Shown here one piece after another: positions 1-12,733 of a DNA stretch of 55,163 nucleotides (positions within the stretch are counted from its first letter, which is position 1; every line of letters begins with the position of its first letter). The translations under genes and the position numbers were made by a program. Origin of the DNA: Octopus bimaculoides (taxonomy: Eukaryota); the NCBI RefSeq assembly GCF_001194135.2, contig NC_068981.1, forward strand, positions 67,990,520 to 68,045,682, written 5' to 3'. The notes below the pieces were generated by a model. It worked only from the letters and a program-made list of their open reading frames with translations, made no database searches and was not told the origin of the DNA.

Positions 1-753
1 TATATATATATATATATATATATGGTGGCGGTCCTTCGTGTGCAGAGATCATGAAGAAGAAAGAGAACGCCTACATGTTGAGTTGAGGAACCACTGCCAG
101 TGACACCAATATCTGTCGTTGCAGAGAATCCACTTGAATCGTATAAGAGCAAATATATTATCAAATAAATTTGTTAAGTGCTAAATCTTGCGATGTTTTC
201 ATATCTGCACTATCATAATAAAGCATATGTGTATACATAAAGATGATTTGCGTCTCTCAGTGATGAGTTTTCAGTATTCATAGATAAATATTTTTAAAAT
301 GAATAAAAGAAATCGAAATTTATGCGACCATCTGTTAGAATATGGCGAATGTATTACCTAGGAAACAAAACAAGTATTTTATTCTGATGATTGTTGGGAA
401 TTTATCAAAAAATATAGGCGATATTTGTAAGAATTCAGCAATTATATCATTCTATTGAAACGTCTTGAATATTCGATAGGATTTTATAGTTCTCAGCGAG
501 ATACGAGTCACACATTCTACAACCTTTGATATATGTGGTGTCAGGTTCATTATTTTAGAGTGAATCAAGCGAGGTAAAGATTAGGGTATTGTCTTCTTCT
601 AAATTCAGATAAATTTCGATAGCCATTGGTAAGACATCCTCACTGAATACATGTATTAGTTATGTCTTTATATTGTTAAATAAGATAGTATTGTTGTAAC
701 AGTTAATTATTTCCTTGTGATAAGACATACATATATATACAAAAGTATATATA

Positions 754-1819
754 CAGTGTGGACAAAATAATAGCATCATAGCATCATTTTGAAATATCTA
801 CAAAACCGTCAAATCTTGTTGATTTTTATGTTTTTCGATTTATTATTAGCGTTGCTTAATATGTTTTGCTAAAATTGCTGTATGGCAGCGCTAGCGTAAC
901 GAAAACAGCTCGGAATGTTTGGTGTATCAAGAAGTACTTTCTCGAATGTAATGACAGCCTTAGAGAAAGAGGGTAAAATCTTCTCGTTGAAACAAAACTC
1001 CGGAAGAAAACCAAAATTTTCAGATAGGGACCGTCGGAGTCTTGCGCGAATGGTTAGAAAGGATCACAAAAGTACAGCTCTCAAAATAACTGCAGAGATA
1101 AAATGACCACCTCGAGGACCTAGTTTCCAGAAAAACTATTCGCCGGAAGCTACACAAAGCCGTTTTCCACGGGAGGGCTGCAATCAGAAAACCATTACAT
1201 TCAAAGCATACGTTGCAAAGCGTTTAGAGTGGAGTAAAAACCAACAAAATTGGTCCATAGAGCAAAGAAAGAAGGTTATTTTCTCGGGTGATTCATCCTT
1301 TACTTTATTTCCGACCAACGGCCGAGTATACGTGTGGAGATGGCCCAAAGATGCATTTGATCCTGACTGCCTTCTTCCAACTGTTAAACATGGAAGAAGA
1401 TCTGTGATGATCTGGGGTGTTATATCTTGGAGACCCGCCGGCCCAATGTTTTCCTTTCATAGCAGAATTAATAGTCAAGTCCATTTAAGTATTTTATCTG
1501 ATCAAATTCATCCTATGGTTGCGGAACTGATTCTGGAGGGAAACGCAATCTTTCAGGATGATAATGAACCAATTCACACAGCTAAATTTGTTACTAAATT
1601 GCACGTGTAACATTCTAGTGAAGTTGGACATCTTATCTGGCCACTACAGAGACTGTTTTAGCTGAAGAATGGACAAAAAGTACTTTGGAAATAATTCAAA
1701 CGTAGTACGAGACCATACCACGTAGAATTCAAGCTGTAATTACTGCGAAAGGCGGTTCTAGCCCATTGTCAAAATGAATTTGTGTGAAATGTTAAGGTGC
1801 TTCCATAATTTTGTCCAAC

Positions 1820-1824
<5 letters not shown>
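754..1824 (+). mobile_element. Decayed Tc1-family DNA transposon
   Basis: Imperfect TIRs (ta|cagtgtggacaaaataat at 754 and attttgtccaacccct at about 1808-1823) flanked by TA. Transposase remnants: SGRKPKFSDRDRRSL (HTH), VIFSGDSSF, PTVKHGRRSVMIWG, FQDDNEPIH, RRIQAVITAKGG. It has stops, frameshifts and a deletion of the SPDLNPIE segment. Confidence 0.92.
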
Positions 1825-1889
<65 letters not shown>

Positions 1890-2550
1890 ATATATATTTA
1901 TTTACATATATATATATATGATATTCCTCAGCATTGGAGAATATACAGATATCAAGGGAACTGGCCATTACTAAGGTGCTGCAGCAAAGCAGTTCTGTTT
2001 CTTGGGTATTGATGTATATGACATTAATTTAAAGTTTTAATTACAGATTTAAATATAAATAATGCATACAGTTTAGGAAATGAGATTTTAATTACAAGCT
2101 TATGTAAAGTGAGAAATATTGTGCGTGCAAATTAATAGAAACATGAAAGAAATAAAATAATTTATCATGTCAATTAGATAATAAAAGAGAAAAGATTATA
2201 TAGAATAACCTTTCGCAACTCATTGATATCAATAATATTATTATATTCTGACTGTCTCTGTATTATATTCATGCTGAAGTTTGATAATCAAATGACAATA
2301 GCAGGAAAGTTGCGGTCAAAATTAAATGTAGATGTATCGAAATTGCCATTATACATGAATAGTACGATAATATAAGTCTGTACGTAATTATATACATATG
2401 TGCACGTGCGTAGATGCACCCACGCATGCCCGCACACACAAACACACGCACATACATACACCCTCACACACATTCATACATATACATGCACACACACACA
2501 CTCGCGCACACCTACACACACGCACACACACATACACACACACGCACACA

Positions 2551-2589
<39 letters not shown>

Positions 2590-2630
2590 GCATGTGTGTA
2601 TGTATAGTCACGAGTACATATGTTTGTATA
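1823..2630. repeat. (TA)n/(TG)n at 1823-1920 and degenerate (CA)n at about 2400-2630, representative of the many dinucleotide and tetranucleotide microsatellites across the window
   Basis: Direct reading. Similar tracts occur near 3500, 4600, 11200, 12660, 14270, 16600, 19600, 24170, 36780, 43550, 49220, 50220, 52780 and 53940. Confidence 0.97.
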
Positions 2631-3494
2631 TATGCTGAAAAACAATGTGTTTAAAGTATGTACCGTGTGTCGAAAGGAAGATCATACGTACATATGACAA
2701 TTATAAAAATTAGAATAAAAAAATTATAAGAAATTACCTTCTGATTGCTTTAAGTAATGTTGAGCCAAAAAAACCCCAATAAAATTGCAAAATGCAAAGG
2801 AAAACCATGAAGACAATATATAAAACATTATATGTGTATGTGTGAGTCTGTGTTTGTGTGCTTCTATCATACTTCCCTCTCTCTCTTTCAGTATACATTG
2901 CTCATTAGTCAATGAAATGAATTACTGCTTTACATCTTACCATCTGTGCAATCCTCACAGACCTGATCATATTATCACTACAAATTGTATCAAAATGATA
3001 GTCAAAAGTGCCTGTGGGTCAGTGGGTTAGTTACATATTATTATATTTATGATTTAAGTTTGCATATTTACGAAACTACTTATAATTACAGTTAGACAAA
3101 ATTCCATGCTATATATTTGTGGGAATTGATAAAATTCGTAGATTAGTTATCACGAAATCGTGTTCATGGAACACCTTTCAAAAAGCAAATCAATTCTATA
3201 CACATCTATACAGCACAGCTTAGCAACTGAGCGTTCTTAGTAAAACTATATAATGTTTACTTCATCAGAATAAGAAATATAAAGAAATATAAAATATATC
3301 GATTTCTATTCTGGAACTCAAGGTAGATACATCTATAATTAATAGTGATATATTAGGTGAACAAGATCAACCATTGTCATTTTCCATCTAAAAGATTCGC
3401 AGCCTAATATTTCGCACAATAATATTTTGTGCTGTATCCACTTCGAGTCCCACCGTTAAAAACTGTTTATGTAAGTATATAAAACAAACATTTA

Positions 3495-3547
<53 letters not shown>

Positions 3548-4194
3548 TTGTATATATGCACGCATAGAGTATGCACTCATACGCACAGATACACGTATGT
3601 CGGGTTTGTGCATGTTTCTGCAAATCGACATATGTCTGTTTTTTNNNNNNNNNNNNNNNNNNNNNNNNNNNNNNNNNNNNNNNNNNNNNNNNNNNNNNNN
3701 NNNNNNNNNNNNNNNNNNNNNNNNNNNNNNNNNNNNNNNNNNNNNNNNNNNNNNNNNNNNNNNNNNNNNNNNNNNNNNNNNNNNNNNNNNNNNNNNNNNN
3801 NNNNNNNNNNNNNNNNNNNNNNNNNNNNNNNNNNNNNNNNNNNNNNNNNNNNNNNNNNNNNNNNNNNNNNNNNNNNNNNNNNNNNNNNNNNNNNNNNNNN
3901 NNNNNNNNNNNNNNNNNNNNNNNNNNNNNNNNNNNNNNNNNNNNNNNNNNNNNNNNNNNNNNNNNNNNNNNNNNNNNNNNNNNNNNNNNNNNNNNNNNNN
4001 NNNNNNNNNNNNNNNNNNNNNNNNNNNNNNNNNNNNNNNNNNNNNNNNNNNNNNNNNNNNNNNNNNNNNNNNNNNNNNNNNNNNNNNNNNNNNNNNNNNN
4101 NNNNNNNNNNNNNNNNNNNNNNNNNNNNNNNNNNNNNNNNNNNNNNNNNNNNNNTATGTATGTATGTATGTATGTATGCATGCATGTATGTATG

Positions 4195-4500
4195 TTCATT
4201 GGTACTGCGAGTTTCAAACGTGAAGTAGAGGACATATAGACTTTTTGAAGCCACCTACATCCACACCATGAAGGTCACTCAGGCTTTCTGGGAGTATGTT
4301 GATGAGCTATGTGCTCTTCAAACCGTACCTCTTGCAGCATTTGGTCGCGTATCTTGTTGGGGATAGTGGCAGTATGCAATGGCGACTTTGTGCTGCAAGT
4401 TTAATATTCAAAGCCAATGTTTGGTATAAGGTTTGGAAGAAGTTCCAATGAATCTCACTGCATACCCTTCTTGACTTTAGGGAGTGGAAGCTTGACTCTT
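4195..4500 (-). mobile_element. 3' fragment of a CR1/L2-like non-LTR retrotransposon
   Basis: Minus-strand pieces LIPNIGFE, RHCILP and LINILPESLSDLHGVDVGGFKKS resemble the LFN.LP..LR.L.G..V..FK C-terminal motif of CR1/L2-group ORF2. Confidence 0.5.
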
Positions 4501-7500
4501 TCTGTGCCTCCACTGATCACACTCCAAAGAATAACAACGCTAATACATACGTACATAGATGAATGCATGAATACACAGAGGCAAACAAATGCACATGCAG
4601 ACACACACGCACACGCAGACACACACGCACACATACACACACACACACACATAAACGTATGTAATTCTTTTGTCTTTCAATAGTAATGGCAAATCGAACA
4701 GCATGAAACCTATAGCAAAAGAAATCCAATGCAAATTCCACGAATAAGTTCTTTATTTATCTGTTGCTTGTTAAATACAACTTTTTCAGGATATATGTAT
4801 TTAGGAAATCTTTTAAAACCAAATATCATAACAAGGTAAGACAAATATAAAATTAAAAGATAAATTATGAACATATTCATGTATTTAATAATACAAATAC
4901 ACGCATCCACAGACACACACACGCACACAGACATACACACAGACATACACACATATGTATTTGCATATAGATATATGTATGCATATGTATCTGTCTCACG
5001 CGTGCGATATTTAAATGTATGTATGTATGTATGTATGTATATATATATTTACACCAGTATGCGTGCGTTGGTGTGTGTATGTAAGTATGTATGCGTGCAT
5101 GTTATTATGAAAAAAAAAAACAGACAGTAAACAGTTTTGCTGAATCACAAATAACGAGGATTAGAAAACATAGAAAATTGTAAATATATGATTAAATTAT
5201 GACAGTTGGATTATTATCTAGCATTACTATATCTTTGTTTACTAATGATGACAACGGTACATGCAGAAATATATCTGTGATACTGTGAATATTAATAGAA
5301 TCAACTGAATGTGGAAAGGATTCATTTTTTTAGAAATTTTACACCATGTTTATTTTATCACTATTGGCACTTCTACTTTCCTTGTATCAATTTTAAGGAA
5401 TATACTTTTATTATTCTTTGAATAATTATTGGCCTAGAGATGAATATATGAGAAAAAAGAAATCAAATGTCTAGTTGATTTCTTGACGTGAAATAATTAT
5501 ACACAAACTATCTTCGTAAAGTAAGCTATCTGACAATGCAAACATTATTTGTGTTGAGAAACTATTCCCAGTGATCTATGAATATCATGGGAAATCATTA
5601 TTTCTCGTTTGGTGGTGGAAGCTCAGCTGTGATATAAGCTTCTGATGTAGGCCAAATATCATAAATTCCGAGGAATATTATAGTCAATTATATCTACACC
5701 AGTACCGTTCTAGTATTTTATTTTGTCGAACTTAGGACATTGTAATTCAGAATTTAAGTTATGCAAGAGACTACAGTTTTGTGGGAAGGGTATTATTCGA
5801 TTAAATATTCCCTAGTACTTTACTGGTACTTTATGTCACCCAACTTAAGTTGCTGGAAAATAACAGTAACCTTAACGTTGGTCAAGCGCAAAACATAAAG
5901 GGGTTGCAAAATACCACAAAAAATATTTTCGTCGCTATATTCATTTTTCCTGTCCATCACACACAGTCTCACTAATAAGCCTCACCCGTTTTAAATTATA
6001 TCTATAGTCATTAAGAATATAATTGTGCAATTTATTTGAGATGAGTATATGTGACACGCGTAGATGCATGAATGTATGTATTTATATACATACACATGTA
6101 GAGTAAAAAGAGTCGTGTACATGAGACTTATTGGAGTATCAGAGATTTACTAACGTAAGATGTGAAATTAGCTTCAGGCCGTAGACATTAATAGAATCGT
6201 TAAAAGTCTCACTGATACATTGTGGTTCGAAACTAGCGACACATTCCCTTGTCCACTCCACAACCAGAACGATCATTCTCATGGCTCCTGTCTGATTTGA
6301 TTTCTGACAACTAAATTTCAAAGCTGTTTTCCCAAACATAAATTATGTTAAATTTGACTTGTTCGAGCTACCGAGCAGAATTCTTGTTTAGCAGAACAAT
6401 ATAATGTTTCCAGTCATTGAAATATATTATAATGATCTAATATTTAGTTGAAGTTAATTCATGCCGCCGTTATTACACATACATGTTTACATCAACTTCG
6501 AAAGAACTAAATTTATCTCTACCATAACATCGGACATTTATACCTAAGTTAACATCAACAAAAATCCGTAAGAAACGTATTTCTCAGAAAAAGACGACTT
6601 ACAAATCGGCCTGCAATTTTAGTCATTTTATCGGAAACTAATCTCCCATGTTAAAGAACAAATATTTATTTAACATTTTGTAGTGTTAGGAATATTTGTT
6701 TACGAGTTAAATCTCTTGATACTATATGCATGGATGTATATTTTTTTTTTGTTAATTTGTAGAATAAATATTAACTGAGAAAAAGATGAAAAAATATATT
6801 TCTAAAAAAATTGCTTATTTAAATGAATGCATGCTCACTCATATATATACACATACCTACGCAGTCATTCACATAAATATTTGGTGGTGGAATATATTTC
6901 TTTCCTTGTATTTCAATTCAATTTTTGGTGGGTAGGCTGATTTTAATTTATTCTCAAGAGACTTGTAGCATTTTTCCCGTTGTGGAAACGCATTAATCTG
7001 CCAGATATCGGATCTATTTATTGAATATTGGATTATCTATGTAATAAATAACCAAGAACTTAATTAATGAACAATCCATTTACTGAATATATCAACAGGA
7101 GATATCAATACCACTAATGTTATTATGAACAAACATTTCTATTTTCAAATTTCTTTTCCTTTATCCTTTTTCTAACATCTATATGTGAGCATCAGGAAAT
7201 TAATTATGCTAGTAGATTGGCACAACCATTAGAGCGTAGAATTTAATTGTTTACATTGTTTAGCTAAGGCCCTTTACTTTCTGTGTTCAAATGACGTGGA
7301 GGTCATTCTTTTCGTCCATCTCACAAATGTAGAAGTATGCAACATTAATTCACGTACTTGAGTAATATAATCGAATTCGTCCAGCTAAATACAACTCGTA
7401 TAACGTAGTACCTATAGCTGTTTCAATAGCGAAGAGAGACTGACAGTATCTGTAGAGTGAAGAACACACTGCGTTGTATTATTGAGTCAGCTTACATTTC

Positions 7501-8573
7501 ATATTTGTTTTTAAATACTAGGGAGGTCTTAGTTAATCTTGCATAATTTTGGGTGTGATAACGTTATGCTTGATGACAATTGTATTTTACATGAGTTAAC
7601 ATCAAAATAGAGACATACAAAGGCCACTAACAGTATCTCTACTCTGAAACTCGTTTCAGTTTACATACATTTCTAGCCAACATCGAATAGTAACTTGCTA
7701 GCCAACATCGATTGACTTGCTAGTGAAGAAACCACATACCTCATCCTTGTATTAGATACACGTCTCTTAAACAATATCTTACCCTTTTCCAGTCTTCTTT
7801 CTATATACTAGGGACTTTCATACAAGCATTATTTCCAACTATGCGCACCCATCTTGTTCATATGGATTTCGGCAGTGAAACCTTTCTCGAACACTGTATT
7901 AAATTTTATTTCTCACATTCCTGGATGTTTGATGTTGCTCTCATCAGCACATCTTAAGGTATTTAAATGCTTCTTATTCCAATTAAACTCTTTGATGTGC
8001 TTGTGTTCAATATATTAATCAGTGACATCGAGGTCAGACTCCAATTATACCGAGACTGCTTTTGTCAAATATATCGCCATCTGGACCTGTGTGCATCATT
8101 TATTATCCACCAAACACCAAAAACAAAAAAAGATTTTTGAGGTATTTATCACTTTGAAATAAGAACGTCATTAGCCAGACAATCACAAACTCTGTCTACA
8201 TCATCTATTCACCCTTAATCTCTGGCCAATCAATGTGATACCGCAGAGCCATATATATTTTGTAGCTATATAAGTTCTACACATAGAACCGCATAGAAAC
8301 CACTCTCATCATTAAGTTTTGTACATTAGAAAGTTTCACCTTGCTATGTATAAGTGTATAGACTTCAAGTAAATTCCGCTAATTTAAACTACTTTAAAGT
8401 TTTATAGACCATATAATGTATAGAGATCATTCCTGAATTAATTTGCATTAATTTCATAAACTACTTGAAATCTTTGCGACCGTAATTGATACAAATTGAG
8501 CATATGACGATACACCAAAACGGCTATTATGCTTACGAATGTGACGTACTTAAAAAAGAACTCATATCTATAA

Positions 8574-8659
8574 ATAAACAATACACAAGCGAGATACTTT
8601 TTGAAAAAGAGGTACATAAACAATACACAAGCGAGATACTTTTTGAAAAAGAGGTACAT
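8574..8659 (+). repeat. Perfect 42 bp tandem duplication
   Basis: ataaacaatacacaagcgagatactttttgaaaaagaggtac x2. Confidence 0.95.
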
Positions 8660-9497
8660 CTCACAATATATAATTCACTTTGATGGGAGCATATATTTTT
8701 ATGAGAGACATAACTGCATTCAAAAGGCTAAGATTTCTTGTTCGAGCTACACCAACACTGAAATGCTGCAAACATTGACACAAACCAAGAGTGAGTCCAA
8801 AGCATTACTCAATTATGTGAATGAGTTGATGTGTAAGTGCATATAGTTAATGTGTGAACGCTCGCATCCAAAATGTTCAAAACGACCAATCCTTAGACAC
8901 TTCGTAATTGTTTCTGCTCTTGGCCATTGAAACTGCCAGACTAGGCAATTCCCAACAAAAAAACATTCATGCTTTTTACTCATTCTGAGCTGTGTTTTAC
9001 CTACGAAACGCAGTTAACATTTTCTAAACATACTAATCTGATTTCTAGTGTGGTTATTATAGAACACTGTTAGTATCCATCATTCCCCACAGTCGCTGGC
9101 TTTTTTGAATTCAAGCTGAAAATCACTCGTATAGTTCTCTAGTATGAAATGCAGAACAAAACATATGGACACTGCCTGTATTATTTATCAAAATAATTAC
9201 AAAAATAATAACATTTTGAATTATCATGATTCATTAATGCGAATTCTCTGTGGATTTTGTATATTGTTATTGTTGAAAGAATTTATAAATAGTACGAATA
9301 GTCTTTGTCAGAAGATGATTAACAAACGGATGAGATTCCCGCTGAGCTCTTTCTAATTTCTTTTAATACATAATCAGTAGTGTACAGATAACTGAAATGT
9401 TCCTAAAATGTATTTCAAACACAATTTCAACCAAAGGAAAGTACAGTTTTTGTTTCTATTTTTTAAAATATTTATCATAGGAATGTGCATAGATATA

Positions 9498-9872
9498 GGC
9501 ATAGGAGTGGCTCTGCGGTAAGTAGCCTGTTTACCAACCACATGCTTCTGGGTTCAGTCCCACTGCGTGTCTTCTACTATAGCCTCGGGTCGACCAAATC
9601 CTTGTGAGTGGATTTGGTAGACGGAAACTGAAATAAGCCCGTGGTATATATGTGTATAAATGTATGTGTATGTGTGTGTATATGTACGTGTGTCTGTGTT
9701 TGTCCTCCCATCTTGAAAACAGACGCTGTTGTTCTTCCGTCCCCATAACTTAGCGATTAGTATAAGTACTAGGCTTACAAAGAATAAGTCTTGGGATCAA
9801 TTTGTTCGACTAAAGGTAGTGCTCCGCCATGGCCGCAGTCAAATGACTGAAACAAATAAAAGAGGAAAAGAG
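9498..9872 (+). mobile_element. tRNA-derived SINE, family 1 (copy 1), nested in a Penelope-like terminal repeat
   Basis: A-box-like TGGCTCTGCGG, B-box-like GGTTCAGTCCC, internal (TG/TA) tract and aaaagag tail. It is colinear with the copy at 39138-39547. Confidence 0.9.
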
Positions 9873-10004
9873 TATATGTCTATTGTAAGTGTATTACGTT
9901 GTTTGTATGTTTTTTTTAATTTCCTTCAGACTTTAGTCGTGATGTTGTGTGATGTGGTGGTGGCTGTTATTGTTCTATTCGTGTTTTGTGTTGAGACTCG
10001 GTCT

Positions 10005-10680
10005 GGCTATGCGGTGGATGAAGATCATCCACCGCATGCAGTTCTCTAGCTACAGCCAAAGAGACAGGATTAGGTTGTACAAAGGAACCAGGGCTAAGTG
10101 AAAGGCTATCATAGAGAATGATGCAAATGAGATTTTGCCCGCTATACAGGAGTTAATCCTAGAACAGCACAGAAAAGACCAGCAAACAGATAGATAAGTC
10201 GAACTCATGGTATGATTACACGAAATATCAGTCATGTTCGCTGATTTTACTCCTGTCGGCGAACTTGCATACTTTTTAGAAAAGAACATTAAATAAGGCC
10301 AATCTACGGATTAAAGTAATAGAAGGGCCTGGTGCTCCTATAAAGTCCCTAATATGTAGAACTTATCCCTTCGATAGGTCCCTATGTACGGAGCATAATT
10401 GTTTTGCATGCAGGATGAACCCATAGGTTAAGTGTAAGATTAGGAATATAGTGTATAGCTTACGATGTACTGAGGGACGGTGCAGAAGCATGACAACTAC
10501 TTCCATTGCAGAGACAGCTCGCAGCATAGGAGAGCATACAGGTGAAAACTGGCGAGAGCTCAAAGAAGAGAAATGTTCGTCAGTGCTCTACCAACATGAT
10601 CAAGCCGAACATAAAGGCTCAGTCAATAGCATAGAGGTCAAAGTATTATCAAGATTGCAGTGGCGACATACATAGCAATA
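10005..10680 (+). mobile_element. Penelope-like element fragment (RT thumb plus GIY-YIG endonuclease)
   Basis: Plus-strand translation RMQFSSYSQRDRIRLY...IKSLICRTYPFDRSLCTEHNCFAC...CKIRNIVYSLRCTEGRC...SIAETARSIGEHTGENW...VLYQH. This is the IVY..C..C...IGET.R...EH GIY-YIG pattern with stops. Confidence 0.85.
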
Positions 10681-11201
10681 GACAGAAAACACGAATGAAG
10701 CAATAACACCCACCACTACACTTCACAACATGAGGACCAAAGACTGAAGGGAGAAAAATCAAACAGATACAAACAGCGCAATACACATCCAATAGACATA
10801 TATGCACATTCCTGTGATAAATATACAAAACGAAAAATTAGAGACAAAAGAACTGTATAAAGGGCACCGTTACATACAACAAATGAAGGAAACTCGCACA
10901 CACGCATGTAACTACGCACATACAAACTTAGATACACATCATAGAAGAAAATAACGGAATAAGTAGGGCAAGAACACACACGAAGACGGAGTGTCGCTGA
11001 GGAGGTCACAGATATGTAACAAAAGATTTCCATTCAATGGACATGAATTAGAATAAGAACAGCAATAAGCGAGTAAAGAACGAATATATAATGCATGTAT
11101 TGTTTGGCAAAAAACAGAAAAATGACCAGCCCGAAATACAACAATATCTGTTTCGACACACGACTTCAGATCAGGAATCTTATAATACAAAGTCATAAAC
11201 G

Positions 11202-11281
<80 letters not shown>

Positions 11282-12701
11282 CGCGATACATTAATGCGAA
11301 TTGTTTGTGGATTTTTTCTTTATTGTTGAAAGAATTTATAAAGAGTAAGAATAGTCTTTGCCAGAAGAAGATATATGTATGTATATGTCTGTATAATATA
11401 TTTATGTACGTGTATGTAGCATATATGATATATGTATGCACATCGGTGTATGTATGCACATTGCATGCACATATGTATACATATTGGTGTTAGCCTATGA
11501 TACGTGCGCGAGTATTATAACCAAATATATGGCATGTCACAATGTCATGCTAGGATCAACTTTAAATTGGTTACACAACATTCTGTTGTGCAAATAAGAT
11601 TACACCGTTTCTATTTATTTGAGCCTTATATGCCGTATAACATTATGGCAAAGAGGGACAAAATATTTTTCGTTCATTAACTGACAGATCACAAAATTAT
11701 TACATGTACCACAGTCAGTAACCCTTCTGTATTGGATATAATATAGGAATATATTAAAATCTACATTTTGAGAGTAGAAACGTTGTGTGTGTGCCTCATC
11801 ATACTGCGATTACCTCCATAATCTATAAAATTGAATCAAGCGATGTCTTCACGCCCATTTGTCACTTAATACACCGATCACGTGAAAGTATTGTGGTTTG
11901 ATCATGATATCAGCTGGGCTACATAACTTTCGGTTTTAAATCATCGCTACCGACATATACATACATGATACATACATAAAGACAAACATACATACATATA
12001 TTACGCACATGCCTGCACACGCACACATGCGAACACATATATCTATGTGTGCGTGAACAGCTCCATAACATAATGTGCAACCTCGTCTTCGCATACCTTT
12101 CTCTATATAAATTAACATACCATACGTTTTGTAGTACCTCCTACATTATCCATTTCTTGAGTTTGAGCTTCATTTTCGTTGCATTGCTTGGTTTTAAAAT
12201 GCTTGGTTCTGTAAGGCTTCTTTCTTTGGTTTTAGAGCACCATTTAAACAAATAGTGTAAAATTGTTCTCCATACTGTTGAACAGTGACCCATGCGGTTA
12301 AAACTTAGGTCACTCGGCACTGAGCCATGCATATTTTTATAAAGATAATGAATACAATCTTATTTCCAAAATATGCACGTACACGATATCTCAGTGCGTT
12401 AAATTACAAAAGCATGATATCAACAATTGTACTAATAAGAAAACAAGAATATGCAGTGCATGCTATTCATTGCGTTTTATATAAGTAATATTAGGATACC
12501 AACACTCATTGTCAATCGAATGAAGTAAAACTGCCTATGATCTTGTTTAACATGAGTCATTAGAGTTTCGCAAAGAGCGTCATATAGACTAATTAAGGGT
12601 TCTATTGTTTATCAACATTAATGCACATAAATTTTCTGAAAATCCTCCATCCGAACAACGATGTATGTATGTATGTATGTATGTATGTATGTATGTATAT
12701 A

Positions 12702-12733
<32 letters not shown>

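Larger units (their letters stand above)
9441..10857. repeat. Inverted repeat pair flanking the Penelope fragment (left arm 9441-9497 plus 9873-9993; right arm 10683-10857)
   Basis: The reverse complement of 10683-10857 aligns by eye with the left arm (tatttatca.aggaatgtgcat...atatgtctatt...ccttcag.cttt.gtc...gtggtgg.tgttattg...ttcgtgtttt) once the SINE is removed. Confidence 0.85.
9232..11372 (+). repeat. About 85 bp diverged direct repeat (9232-9316 and 11289-11372)
   Basis: Both copies read cattaatgcgaatt....gtggatttt....ttattgttgaaagaatttataaa.agta.gaatagtctttg.cagaaga. Confidence 0.85.

Noticed and set aside
4790-4835. Plus-strand 46 nt exon-like segment (ctttttcag|...AAG|gtaaga)
   Set aside because: Good splice sites, but no recognisable peptide and no compatible partner exon. 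Such sites arise by chance in AT-rich DNA.
7300-7325. Minus-strand DEKN as nAChR exon 3
   Set aside because: No AG acceptor before GAC, a stop follows within a few codons, and there is no TTN.W motif.
7672-7722. Small tandem duplications (also about 43197-43247 and 51795-51826)
   Set aside because: Ordinary slippage duplications with no further structure.
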